NCBI GenBank assembly: GCA_024626585.2
Contig: JANKJI020000002.1
Coordinates: 221,027,457-221,047,882, forward strand
Reading direction: 5' to 3'
Source: Ginkgo biloba
Taxonomy: Eukaryota > Plantae > Ginkgophyta
DNA: 20,426 nt
In this document: piece by piece, positions 1-11,604 of the stretch
How the letters are laid out: each line of letters starts with the position of its first letter
Numbering within the stretch: the stretch's first letter is position 1
Notes under the pieces: generated by a model
Seen by the model: the letters and a program-made list of their open reading frames with translations, nothing else
Told to the model about the DNA's origin: nothing
Database searches by the model: none
Translations under genes and position numbers: made by a program

Positions 1-230
1 TTAATGAACCCTTAATATTTCATCTCTTCTTAGTTATTTTATATGTAATAGAGGGGTGAAATTCAAATCTAATAGGGTGGCATGACCCTCAACATAAAAG
101 GATTATTTATTGATACAACCTATCATTTATAGACTTGGATCATATGCATATGTTTAGAGTCACCTAGTCATATCTCCATTTTGGGAATCAGGAAAACTCC
201 AACTATAGAGTAACCTATGTAGGCCATGGT

Positions 231-2153
231 CTAAGAAACCAATGAAGAAGAACCCATTCTAAATCCTTGGTTCATGGAGCTTCTAAATTGGCAATCTTCT
301 CTTCTTATAGAAGGTATAACCCTTTCATGAGATTTCAATAAGTAGCATGCTTCCTTTGATTTTGATATAGGTAGAAAGTATTTCCAAATTAGAGATTCCA
401 ATCTTAAGGATTCAAAGTCCAAGTCTTCTATTACTATAGTGGGTTTTTCATTTTAGGATATAAAATTAGATGTGGGATAATTATCATCCCACAAAATTAT
501 GAAATTTCATGAGGCTTTATTTGAGGCCTTAAAAATAAAAGTATATGATTTATTAAGAGATAATTCCCAACTAAGGGATAGAAATTTATCCCTATATGAG
601 GCTTTACCTGGTCTAATTTTACTTGTATTGTAGAAAAAGTGGGTTTACTCAAAATTTATGTGACTATTTTAGTGTTTACTAGCTCACCACCTACACTCGA
701 TGGTTTTGGTAGAGGTTCGTCTCTCTGTTCTTTAGTTCCATGTAATATTGGTTGTTTTAAAAAAAATACTTCGTCCTCTATGCCTCTTTATTCATTAGAG
801 ACCCCACTACTTTTAGAAGACTCTATTTTATATTTTGACCCAGAAGAACTAGATTTAGGGATGATAATACCCCTTTATTTATGTAATACCTAGTCATACT
901 CTATTGGGTTTTTGAATTTACCATCTAGATCTAGAAAATGATAGTGCTTCATCTTGTAATGGTAAGAAAAAATACCTTCTAGGTCATAGAACCTTTCCAA
1001 GACTTATTTAATATGGTACTCCCTTATATTATCAGTAAAGGATCTTACTTGTCCTATGTTCAAGACAATACAATTTTCCAACTGAAATGGGTTAGAATGG
1101 AAGAAAAATTTCTTTCCCTTCTACGAGATTCTGTAATATACCAACTAAATTTGTCTACATACTTTGTAAAGTAATGTTCAATAATCCACAAACTTTATAA
1201 TTTTTTCAAATCCATATAATAAAATGTAACTATAATGCTTTTCAAGGAAGCAAAATCAAATCCCCCTCAAGGAACTTATGACAACATCAGTGACCCTTGG
1301 GAATTACTGATTCTCAAGGAGAGAATATACTTTATAGATGAATTTATCATTCAAAATACAAAAATATTTATTATAATTCTCCCTCCAAACTTTATGATAA
1401 CAGTGGGTAACTCATAGTTATCTTTTCTCCTTATTCTAGATGTTGTAGGACAACCCAGGAAAATGTCAGGCATATAACAAAGCATAAACCAAATAACAGG
1501 GCTTATAGAATGTTAGAATTGAGGGATTTATTTGAGATGGTATGTAATCCTTTTAGGCCCAATCGAAGTCCATTCCCTACCTATAATATCATAAATCACC
1601 CATATCATATAATGGTATATTTTACTGGTGTCTTTTTTGTCGAATACCCTCCTCAATAAAGAAACACAATCTTTGAATCTCCTTTGCATCTTGCTTGTCT
1701 ATAAGACTAGATTTATTTTGGGATTTTATACTTCTTCCTCCCTTTAATAATTGATCATATCCAAGATATTATAAAAATTATGATAGAACCTCCTCACTTT
1801 TTCAAAAGAGAATACTCAACATGAGGAGGAAGGCATAATATATCTTGGAATACTTTAGGGATGAAGGAACACAATAACTATCCCATAATGGAGATTATTT
1901 TCTTATTAATGGGGTCAAACCTATAAGTTTACCATTCAATCATCTATCAACATGGTCTAACATCTAGTATCATTACAACTTGAATTAGGCTTGAAATCCA
2001 TAGTCCACATGTCTCTCTCTTCTCAATTCTCATCTCAAGAAAAGTATCAAATAAGGTTCTAAAAGTAATATTATAGGTATCTAATGTGTCCATTATTTCC
2101 ACTACCAAATAAGTTTCATAGGCTAGTGATTGTCATAGAGTCCTCTTCACCAT
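231..2153 (-). pseudogene. Degenerate accessory/extra ORF of a Ty3/gypsy (non-chromovirus, Tat-like) LTR retrotransposon, uncharacterised protein
   Basis: Manual minus-strand translation from the ATG at 2153 gives protein-like sequence through many stops and frameshifts: MVKRTL*QSLAYETY...LWISSLIQVVMILDVRPC**MIEW*TYRFDPINKKIISIMG*LLCSFIPKVFQDILCLPP...FKDCVSLLRRVFDKKD...DFDWA...FYKPCYLVYALLY...FCILNDKFIYKVYSLLENQ*FPRV...HYSYILLYGFEKIIKFVDY*TLLYKVCRQI...PFQLENCIV...ERFYDLEGIFSYH, then a low-complexity S/K/E tail. The motif order matches my recollection of gymnosperm retroelement-associated ORFs (not database-checked). The 3' end is approximate. Confidence 0.6.
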
Positions 2154-4672
2154 CTTATTGAAACAACTAAAAGAAAATAAAAGCTAACTTTGGAATAAAA
2201 TGCCNNNNNNNNNNNNNNNNNNNNNNNNNNNNNNNNNNNTTATGAAAGCTATGGATGAGTTCATTGCAACTTTGTTTTTCATAGAAATTGGTTGATTAGT
2301 AATATTTCATATTGTTTTACACTACGCTTTTGGGGAAACACATTTGAATCTCCCTCATAAATGTGGGACTGGGGCTACATTTGACACCTATGCATTACAC
2401 ACCCAACAAAATTATGCCATTATATTCAACGTAAATTATGTGTTCTATCACTTAAATCTTGGACATATAGAAATATTAGGGAATTAATTATACTATTAAT
2501 GAGCCAAAAATGGATCCAATTTGATACTTACACATGTTAGGACCACTCTAGGTATTTCAAACTCTTCCTGGGGAATTTTACCTACCATGTTTAACCCTTA
2601 ATGCCTTTTGGGAAAAAAATCCTAAACTCTTAAACTCTAAAAACCAAGTCTATATTCGTATTATGGATTAATTGACATTCACTTTTCACCTAGGTCCATG
2701 GTATCTTCTGTAAGTGATGTTTCTTTACACCACCCCAAACTCCCAAACTCTCAAATATTAATAAGATCTTCTTCTAGTTAATTAACATGCGTTAAAAGTG
2801 TGTTCAAGTCTGTGTTAAGGATTGAATTTATTTACTCAACATTCTTCAAAACTCTAAAAATAAAATTCCATCTTCAAAAAGAAATGGAAATGAACATTTT
2901 ATTTCTAAAACTTAAATTTATGATGGGTTTGCGAGCCATATAAAGATACCTCCCTTTTTATCTTTTTGGGNNNNNNNNNNNNNNNNNNNNNNNNNNNNNN
3001 NNNNNNNNNNNNNNNNNNNNNNNNNNNNNNNNNNNNNNNNNNNNNNNNNNNNNNNNNNNNNNNNNNNNNNAAGCCAACCATTTCCAAAGCTACGTACACT
3101 CATCTGGAGAGTTTGGGGCATACACATTAAGGATCCCAAGGGGTTTACTATCAATCTCCAAAATAGCCTACTAGAAATGATTAGTTAGGTCCGACCCCGA
3201 GGAGACCAAGGCTTTTTCTAGTCTGGGGTTTAGAATTTTATCTTTTATCTTCAAAAGGATTAGGATTAGATAGGCGATTAGTTTTGAGTTCTTTTGGTGT
3301 ATATAGTAGTGAGTTTTATAGAGATGGAGCTTAATCAATGAAGGCCATTATAACTTCCCCATTAGTAGGAGATTGTGGGAGAATATCAATGCAGTTGTAA
3401 GTATTTTTTCTCTTGTATGTGTTTCTGATTATGCTATAGCATTTGTAAGGGGAATGTTCTTGATGTGCAACAAGAAAATCATTAATTAAAGTTTGTTTAT
3501 ATGTACCTCTGGTTATGTTGTGATATGTGTAGTCGAATGTATTGCTTAATTAACCCTTATAGATTCACTTAGCCCCATTGTTGGGTCATGAAAAGGTTTG
3601 TGCATCAAAGGGGTCTACTCTGATATTGTCCTAACACTGTTGACCAATGTATGTGAGGTAGATAACCAAGTATCTCTCACTCTCTCTCCTTGGTTTTATT
3701 AGTGAATTTACTTTTGTCTTCTCTTGTTGAAATCTCCATTCCAACTCACACCCATCACTGAGGTAGAGAGGCCTAGTGCTACTAACCTTTTATGATCAAT
3801 GGTAGTCTTATACCTCCTCATTATCACCCCTAATTTCCATTCATACTTCTCTTCCTGCTCTAACCATTTACTCATTGACATTGAGCCAAACTATATTCCT
3901 CATTCCCTGAAATTATTTGTGTTAATACTAGGTTTGGATTTGTTTATATCCTTTTTATTTTTGTACATAAAAGGGAGTTGCCCCTATTGAAGTCAGAGGT
4001 TCCATTGACCCCTTACTATTTCCCTCATCTTTATTCCATTTTCACTCTGAGTTGTAGACTAGTCTTGTGTTATCCAATGTTCTACTCTAGGTGTTAATTT
4101 GGGTTGTCAACAACTACACTACCAACATAACCAATAGCGCTTGATTACATTAGTATTAAAACAAGATGAAACCATGTAAACTTCATTTAAAATAATTGTC
4201 CAAGTTATATGTATAAAATTTTGATGATTACATAGGAGGATTAAACTCTTTGATTTAAAACAATCTCTGAGTATCTCATATAAAGAATCAAAATAACTTG
4301 CAGGGGTGTACACAAGTTTTGGACTAGTCATTGGTTCAACAATCTGTAAGATGATGATATCGGTATTACAAACATAGAAAAATAAATGAGGACACAATGA
4401 GAAAGAAAAATAACTACAACATGGGGATTTTCTCATTGGGTGTTAGAGATGTGGAACCCTTTTCTCTTTGCTTCCTTTCCTTTTATATAGTGTGTCGACC
4501 TTCTCTTTCTATTGTAATGGTTGAAATGGTTGGGTCATCAAATAAAGTTTGACAATCAACTGACTTAGGTTTNNNNNNNNNNNNNNNNNNNNNNNNNNNN
4601 NNNNNNNNNNNNNNNNNNNNNNNNNNNNNNNNNNNNNNNNNNNNNNNNNNNNNNNNNNNNNNNNNNNNNNNN

Positions 4673-6284
4673 TATGTATGCACTCTAAGCCCAATCACTT
4701 CATAATACTATCTGGGATGCCCCCATGTCTATCATGCAATTATGAAGCACAAAATTATGAATTCATAGAGATACATAAAATGGAATATTTTAGAGTACTC
4801 AAACAACCTGATCTCATTAAGATAACCATTAAAGTGGTGGTGACTCTAATTAATGTTATTTTTAAATTCTCCATCTGAGCTAGAGTTTTGAGCACATCCA
4901 ATAATAATATATTGGATCGATATTTAGCTAAGTCATAGACTATATTGTACTCTATTAAGCGAGTATTCATAAATATCCCAAACTGTAAGGGTCTTTGGTG
5001 GAATAGTATCTCCTGATAAGTTGTCTAATATCCAAAAGTGGAAGGTTTCTCTTCGATAATATCCTTTTCTAGACCAAGTTCAGTTATCCCTTTGTCTTTA
5101 ACCTCTTGTAACTTATTCTTCTCTTGAGATTGTTGATATTTACTCCTGATCTATAAAAATATATCCACTATGATTTCTTCTTCAGGCATAGCCTCGATGT
5201 TTACCAAATTGGATTGACTCCAACTTGCTATGGACATTATATGGGAAAGAGAAATAGTCTATTCAGTTCTCTCAACTAACTATATGGTTAATTCATTGAA
5301 CCTTAGAAAAGTTGGGCATGTCTCCTTATGATGATCTTCCTAGTAGAATCTACAATAGTAAGGTTCAATATTTGTGGGAGGAACTATCACCCTTAACCAT
5401 GGCGGCTAGCCTGGCATCTAGATCTTATTATGATTGGGGTAAGAAAATAACTTATTATTTTCTCCCACTTATTTCCTTAAGGAAGTCACCTCATCAATGA
5501 GGATATGGAGGAGCCTTAATATTTCTAAAGTCTCATGCCCAAGAGGTGGATTATTATTTTTAACTTTGACTAGTGTTAAAGCCATGGCATACCATTTACC
5601 CAATTCAACTAAAATTTTCTCAATTCTCCTTATGGAATCCATCATATAAACCAAATTGTTGATTACTTTATCCTTAAGGATATATCTCATATTAGGGTCC
5701 AAAGCTTATATGTAGAAAAAAAACCATATTTTATCTATGTGTCTCACTATAGCTGGGACCTTGTTTGTAGTCTTTCCAAATCTCAAATTAAAGTCTTTGA
5801 AAGACTCATCTTCCCTCTTGGAGATCATGGTAAATTCCACTAACACTGCATAATTATTAATAGGGATACTATAGTTGTCATTGAATTGAATAATTAATTC
5901 AACCCAAGTTAAAATGGAATTTGTAGGTAGAGAATTGAACCATAATAATACCTCATCTTCAAGAGTTTGACAAACAAATGAACAATAATNNNNNNNNNNN
6001 NNNNNNNNNNNNNNNNNNNNNNNNNNNNNNNNNNNNNNNNNNNNNNNNNNNNNNNNNNTATTCTATCTCCTTTGAAATTTGGAAGAGAATAATTTTCTCC
6101 ACTAGGAAAACCATCAAGATTGCCTGGTAGATTCAGAGGCCATGCTATGAGCCATGGATTCACAACCATTAGTAGTAGTTGAGTTTGATGGGGGGAGGAT
6201 TGATGGAAGATGTGTTAATGGTACTATTAGGAAACAAAGTGGGTGTATTTAGAGGAAAAATAGGGATGCATACCTTAATATTTA
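4673..6284 (-). pseudogene. gag: Ty3/gypsy gag + aspartic protease pseudogene (Tat/Athila-like non-chromovirus)
   Basis: Minus strand reads NPWLIAWPLNLPGNLDGFP...LPNFKGD (gag N-term), then the retrotransposon-gag core (...EDESFKDFNLRFGKTTNKVP..., DPNMRYILKDK...IRRIEKILVELGK), then YNIVYDLAKYRSNILLLDVLK. This is followed by PFYVSL*IHNFVLHNCMIDMGAS (catalytic Asp codon 4729-4727; cf. LHNCMLDSGAS) and IMK*LGLECI. Multiple stops and frameshifts are present. Confidence 0.85.
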
Positions 6285-6394
6285 NNNNNNNNNNNNNNNN
6301 NNNNNNNNNNNNNNNNNNNNNNTACTTGAGAGGTAACAAAAATTGATTTGGGATGCCTCATTGTTTATCTAACCTAGTATAGTTTACTTCCCTT

Positions 6395-6420
6395 ACCCAT
6401 ATTAATCACCCATATTAATC
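6395..6420 (+). repeat. 13-bp perfect tandem duplication (ACCCATATTAATC x2) in the gag leader
   Basis: acccatattaatc at 6395-6407 and 6408-6420. Confidence 0.9.
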
Positions 6421-6454
6421 AATCACATCAACACTCCACACTTGTCATTTTAAT

Positions 6455-6472
6455 TCCCCAGTATAGTCACCA
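6455..6472 (-). promoter_or_regulatory. Primer-binding site complementary to tRNA-Arg (Tat/Ogre-type PBS)
   Basis: Minus strand TGGTGACTATACTGGGGA matches TGGCGACTCCACTGGGGA (complement of the plant tRNA-Arg(ACG) 3' end, from memory) at 15/18 positions. It lies just upstream of the gag pseudogene, on the same strand. Confidence 0.75.
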
Positions 6473-7163
6473 ATTCTTTTATTTAGATTTTATGTACCAA
6501 AGAGAAACAATAATTTTGATTGAAATGCCCAAGATAGGGNNNNNNNNNNNNNNNNNNNNNNNNNNNNNNNNNNNNNNNNNNNNNNNNNNNNNNNNNNNNN
6601 NNNNNNNNNNNNNNNNNNNNNNNNNNNNNNNNNNNNNNNCCAATACTAAAGTGGGAATATGCCATGCATTCTTCAACCAAAAGTATTCCAACCACACAAA
6701 TAATTGATTAATGAAATAACAAGCATGACTTAATTAGTAACATACACTTTCATAGCTATTATCCATACATAGCCATAAGCTAGATAAAGAAAGTGATACT
6801 ACTGAGAAAAAATACTAAATGGTAAAAAATCTCTAATAGTTTCCCACGATCATAGATCCTTAATGATATTTATTGATGACGAATTTTGCATAGGTATATA
6901 GAAGTGTTAAATACAGGGGCATCTTAAAATCTCACCTTGGATCATGCATAGTTTTAGCCTGTAGGTGTAGAGCAGCATTGTCGCGATGTTTGAGAAATCC
7001 CCTCAGTAGATTAAATTTGAATTTGTATAAATATGTATGTTGCCTAAGAATCCCACACCCCTTCACTTAATGTATTCTTCCAAAGATTATAGCTCTTAGA
7101 GAAAAACTAGTAAAAGCGCCCAAAAATTCATAAGTGTCTCAATGGCAAAATTTGTGTTTCACA

Positions 7164-8033
7164 GGAGCTGACCACATAGAACCCTTTTGTTTTCTCACTA
7201 TGAAAATATATGTGTAAAAATGTATTATGCTATTTTTTTGATAAAGTATGAGTGTGGGGTTCGAGTTGGTGACACATAGAAACATCCTGCATTATCCTTC
7301 CCTCGCGGCTATTAAAAAATATTTAGAAAAATTATGCTAAGTGTCACGAGCCTTGATGTCATGAGATCATGCCAAATGGCATAATTGCACACATCCTCTT
7401 CCCATACAATTATTTAAAACTTATAAAATTTTGGTTAAGGGGTGTGAGGTCCAAAGGCCCAAGATCATGGCACGTGTCAAAATATCAAGTCATCTCCCAT
7501 TGTAGTAATTCAATACTCAGAAAAAAATGGCAAAAATATGCGAGTTCATCAATTCGTAGGATTGTATTACATGTCACTTAGAGTGTTCAAGATTGTGACA
7601 TATGGAAAGAGTTTATGCCATCTCCCCTATGGCCGCTAAACACTTTAAAGAAAACTCAAACGGCCACAAGTTCTAAGGTTTGTGATATCTTAACATGTGG
7701 CAGACTGAGTGCACAAGATCATGCCATGTGTCAATAGTTCATGATCTCTTTCTACCATGGGGTTTAAAAATCTCAAAGTAAATTAAAAAAGGGCCCTAGA
7801 CCAAGGTGCATGAGATGCATCCATGTGTTGATATATCACACACCCACATACAACATAATGAAGAAAAAAAGGGGAGGACCCCAAAATATGGCGGGCTCAA
7901 ATGACTCAAGATCATGCCACATGGAAAGATCTTGGGCAACCACAAACATCACAACTACTTAAGGTGCAAGGTAAAAAAATAACCCTCAAAGGGTCACAGT
8001 CTCCTAGGTTTGTGAGATGTTTCCACATGGTAG
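7164..8033 (+). repeat. Array 1 of a degenerate ~20-nt motif (consensus ~GAGATCATGCCACRTGGCA), ~11 copies
   Basis: Copies start near 7164, 7262, 7361 (atgagatcatgccaaatggcat), 7460 (caagatcatggcacgtgtcaa), 7557, 7588, 7682, 7714 (caagatcatgccatgtgtcaa), 7810, 7907 (caagatcatgccacatggaaag) and 8012 (gtgagatgtttccacatgg). Spacing is mostly 94-105 bp, with two short 31-32 bp steps. Confidence 0.75.
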
Positions 8034-8437
8034 GGTCTTACAAACCTATGAATATAGTATAATAAGGAAAGAGAGTAGCCACCCTAGTAAATAGTGTAAN
8101 NNNNNNNNNNNNNNNNNNNNNNNNNNNNNNNNNNNNNNNNNNNNNNNNNNNNNNNNNNNNNNNNNNNNNNNNNNNNNNNNNNNNNNNNNNNNNNNNNNNC
8201 CTTTTGCATGAAATATTTAGAGTGATACATGACCATTACTAAATTTCAAACTCATATTTCAATCATGTAGGCATTCATGACCTCTGAGATGAAACCCAAG
8301 AAATTTTCCATACACGGCCTTTATCTACATCTCATTCATTCATAGTGTATCGCAAGGTTGATAGTGAGCTATTTATGCAGAACAAAAGTAAAAATCCTGG
8401 CTTATTTCCACCATTTCTCAAAACCTCATGTAAAGGC

Positions 8438-9674
8438 ATCATGTGTCGCCACCTCGTCAACCTACAAAGTTGTGCATATTAAGTCTTGAAATTCTACTGC
8501 CACTCTTTTTCGTTTAGGAATTGGGCTACTAAATGCCCATGATCATGATGTATGGTGTCATCTCATGGTTTTTGGGCCTTACAACTTTATTTATCATCCA
8601 CCATTGATTATGAGAACCTCCTCAAGAGACGGGGCCCTGAGATGGTGCCACACGGTGCCATCGTAGGCATCAAAATCTCACGGCTTTTCTCACTGTTTAA
8701 AATTGGCTCTAAAGCCTCCTAGGGAAAAGGAACCCTGAGATGGTTTTGCGTGGCACCATTGTAGGGTTCTTTCTTGATCCTAAAATAGCCTTCCAAGTGG
8801 CCCCCCAAAATAACCTTTGAAATCACCCTGAGTGAAGGGGAGGTAAGATGATGCCACTTGTTGTCTCCTTGTTAGATCTAGGATATATGGCCTACACACC
8901 AAAACTAAATCCACCAAAGTCGCGCAGGGCAGAGAACTTGCATGATCATGCCACATGGATTGATCTTGCGGATCCTCTAGCTGCCACAATTTTTATTCAT
9001 ATAAAACCATTGGAAACCAAAAGAATATTCAAATGTAAATGCAAGAAATTTATCCTAAGGGCGCCACTTGGCTATTGCCCATTGGATCTGGAAACCTTAA
9101 ATTTTATGACTGTGCATAAAACCCTATAAGAGGCATGGGTTACATGATTATGCCAGTGTCTCTATCACGTAGATTCTCGGTCTTAAGGTCTTTTCATTAT
9201 TTTCCACTTGAGTCTTCTAATTTAATCCTGAGTAATGGATTTCCCAGATCATTACATGCGGCTCCCTTTCAGAAACCCCCCTATAGCCTCAATTCCATAT
9301 TTTCACCTTAAGTTATAAAAGTGTCACGAGGAGGAAATGCATGATTCGCCACCATGTATCGTCTTCTCATTTGATTCAGAGCTTTGAAGGTGATGATGAA
9401 TGAAAAATTTTAAGCACACAATTCCTCAAAATCAAAGGAATGTGAGATTCTTCCACATGGAATCATCACACCACCTCTTCAGAACCTTACACTTTGCAGT
9501 TATTCCAAAATTCTCTAAGTGTCAGGATTTTCAATGAGGAAAGGAGACTTGAATTATAACCATGTGTTGTCTTTGTGTAGTCCCTATGGCCATGAAGTCT
9601 TCCATCATAAGTTCTCAATGTTCCAATCCATAGTAGCCCTTGAGGTCTAATTGTGATAGGTGCCACTCCATCAT
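8438..9674 (+). repeat. Array 2 of the same motif, ~12 copies at ~100-bp period
   Basis: Motif GAT anchors near 8541, 8641 (gagatggtgccacacggtg), 8739, 8847 (agatgatgccacttg), 8944 (catgatcatgccacatgg), ~9058, 9146 (catgattatgccagtgtc), 9247, 9343, 9446 (gagattcttccacatgg), ~9551 and 9655, with a weak copy near 8440. Intervals are about 88-114 bp. Confidence 0.7.
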
Positions 9675-10089
9675 TTAACCTGGGGATGCAAGACTTAGTG
9701 AATATAACCTTAAAGATGCCCATCTTGTTNNNNNNNNNNNNNNNNNNNNNNNNNNNNNNNNNNNNNNNNNNNNNNNNNNNNNNNNNNNNNNNNNNNNNNN
9801 NNNNNNNNNNNNNNNNNNNNNNNNNNNNNGATGTACAAGAATATCTTTAATTATATTCTAAGTTTTTTAATTTTTCTATGTAACTTGAACTAAAATTAGG
9901 ATACCTAGCCTAGGTGGATTTTTGGAGGAAGGCATAGAGTATATAGGAGGAGAGAAAGTTTCACCCAAAGAAAATAATTTCATTATTCAATAAAATGGAG
10001 AGGAGACTAAGTCAGAGGGCCTTAATGAGGTCACTCTTGAGGAACGAANNNNNNNNNNNNNNNNNNNNNNNNNNNNNNNNNNNNNNNAA

Positions 10090-11086
10090 TATTTAGGAAC
10101 CATTTTAGGATAATCATAAGGCGATAAAAGGTTTTCTTACCCTCATGCATTAGATGTAGGTACAACTTTCCACATTGATTACTTCAATAGGATATGCTTC
10201 CTCACTCATCCTAATTAAATAAGTCTAAGATCATGTTACTCAAAGTGGACTTAACTAACTCTTTTGGAGGATTATATAGGGAATTCATTCTCAAAGTACT
10301 ATGAAAATTTGGCTTCTATCCTTAACTAGTGAATTGGGTCTAAGTTTGCATTGAAAAACCCAAAATGGAACATTTGGTAAATGGAGTCCCTTTCTAATCA
10401 TTAAGAGGTATAATATAGGCCTACCCCTAATATCCCTTTTTTTTCCATAATTTTAGAAACCCTAAGTCACATAATAGAATACGAGCTTCTATAAAAAAAT
10501 TTACAAGGTGTTAAAGTAACCTCACACATCAAGGAATTGACTCACTCTCTCTTGGAAGATGATACAATCCTTTTAGGAAAGGATTTTATATAAATAACAA
10601 GATCCATGCACATAATTCTCTAATACTTTATCATAGCCACTAGAAGCATCATTAATGTGAATAATAGAAGCAACTTCTTCTTCAATGTCCTAGCTAAATC
10701 TAAGCTCAAAAATTATAAGATTTTTAGATTCAAAGAAAGAGACAATAATAAATGTTTCAAATACCTTGGAGTTCCTATCAAGTTTATAGTTCTAAAAAAT
10801 GAAGATTATCACTTCATCTTAAGGAAGATCCATAATCACATATAGAATTGGGCCAACTGATGGTTAACACTATCTAATAAGGCAACTTTGGTTAAGTCGA
10901 TCCTTAATATAATTCCTACCGAATGTTGTCTAGTTGTAGCGATACTAAATTTGATTCTTGAATTGATAAATAAGCTGGTGCATAATTTCCTTTGGATAGG
11001 AATAAAAAGGAACTCACATGGTTATTATCTATTTAAATGGGACATAGTATGCACTTCAAAATTATAGGAAAGTTTGGGCTTCCATA
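10090..11086 (+). pseudogene. Non-LTR retrotransposon (L1-clade LINE) ORF2 reverse transcriptase fragment, inactivated
   Basis: Plus strand reads KIMLLKVDLTNSFGGLYREFILKVL*KFGF...NWV*VCI...LVNGVP (cf. KLDMxKAYDRV), RGII*AYP*YPFFF...LETLS (cf. RGLRQGDPLSPFLF), THSLLEDDTILLG (cf. THLLFADD; 10552-10563), FKYLGVPI and KATLVKSILNIIP. Many stops are present. Confidence 0.9.
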
Positions 11087-11186
11087 NNNNNNNNNNNNNN
11101 NNNNNNNNNNNNNNNNNNNNNNNNNNNNNNNNNNNNNNNNNNNNNNNNNNNNNNNNNNNNNNNNNNNNNNNNNNNNNNNNNNNNNN

Positions 11187-11555
11187 GAACATGAGACCAA
11201 TTTTCTAGTCAAATCCAAATTTCATTCAAACCTAAGGGTAATAATCAGTACCTTGAACAACCATTCTACCCAAAAATGTAGATCCTTTATATTATAGATT
11301 CTAATAATAAGATCATCCCAATGAAACATGTTCAAAATTTTTGAGATTCAATGAGTTGACTATCTAATCAGTCAAAAGGTTAGGGCCAAACACTTCTAAT
11401 ACCATTTCAATGTTTGTGACTAGTTGGATTCAATCCAATCTAATAAATATAGAAGGTGGTAATGAGGAGGAGATAGTAGAATAAATGATCATTTAGACAA
11501 GAAGAAAGACTCATAAATCTCAAGATAAAATAAGACCTTATCTAAAGTATCTCAA
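11187..11555 (+). pseudogene. Probable gypsy gag C-terminal remnant
   Basis: PLYYRF***DHPNETCSKFLRF resembles a decayed Cys/His knuckle (YCRxCxxxHxExxC). I*TRRKTHKSQD resembles the late-gag TRS/K motif, which is also seen as *IRSKYQQSQE in the 4673-6284 gag. Heavily degraded. Confidence 0.4.
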
Positions 11556-11604
11556 CTATACCTTCACCTATATAGAATTTCTATATAGACCTTCTATACC
11601 TTTA

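Larger units (their letters stand above)
6475..9729 (-). mobile_element. Probable long 5' LTR (U3-R-U5) of the Tat-like element; boundaries uncertain and spanning two 100-N gaps
   Basis: Non-coding sequence immediately upstream of the PBS. The minus-strand order is motif array, TATA-like (CTGTATTTAA 6916-6907; CTATATAC ~6901-6894), AATAAA (6874-6869), then PBS. No clean TG/CA termini or partner LTR were seen. Confidence 0.4.

Noticed and set aside
2330-2970. Possible minus-strand LINE ORF1 (DUF4283 plus zinc knuckle) remnant: EEDLINI...PWT, LTCVSIKLDPFL, FCWVCNA
   Set aside because: Motif order is suggestive, but it needs several frameshifts and lacks the knuckle His/Cys. Not supportable without an HMM search.
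3071-4127. Possible plus-strand LTR 3' portion ending ...ACCAACA
   Set aside because: Composition is LTR-like, but there is no 5' TG end, partner LTR, PBS or TSD.
4119-4436. 105-aa minus-strand ORF, the longest N-free ORF in the track
   Set aside because: No recognisable motif, and the composition is typical of a chance ORF in non-coding repeat DNA.
7164-9674. CRISPR array interpretation of the repeat-spacer pattern
   Set aside because: The repeats are short and highly degenerate, the spacers are ~80 nt and partly related to each other, there are no cas genes, and the context is plant retroelement DNA.
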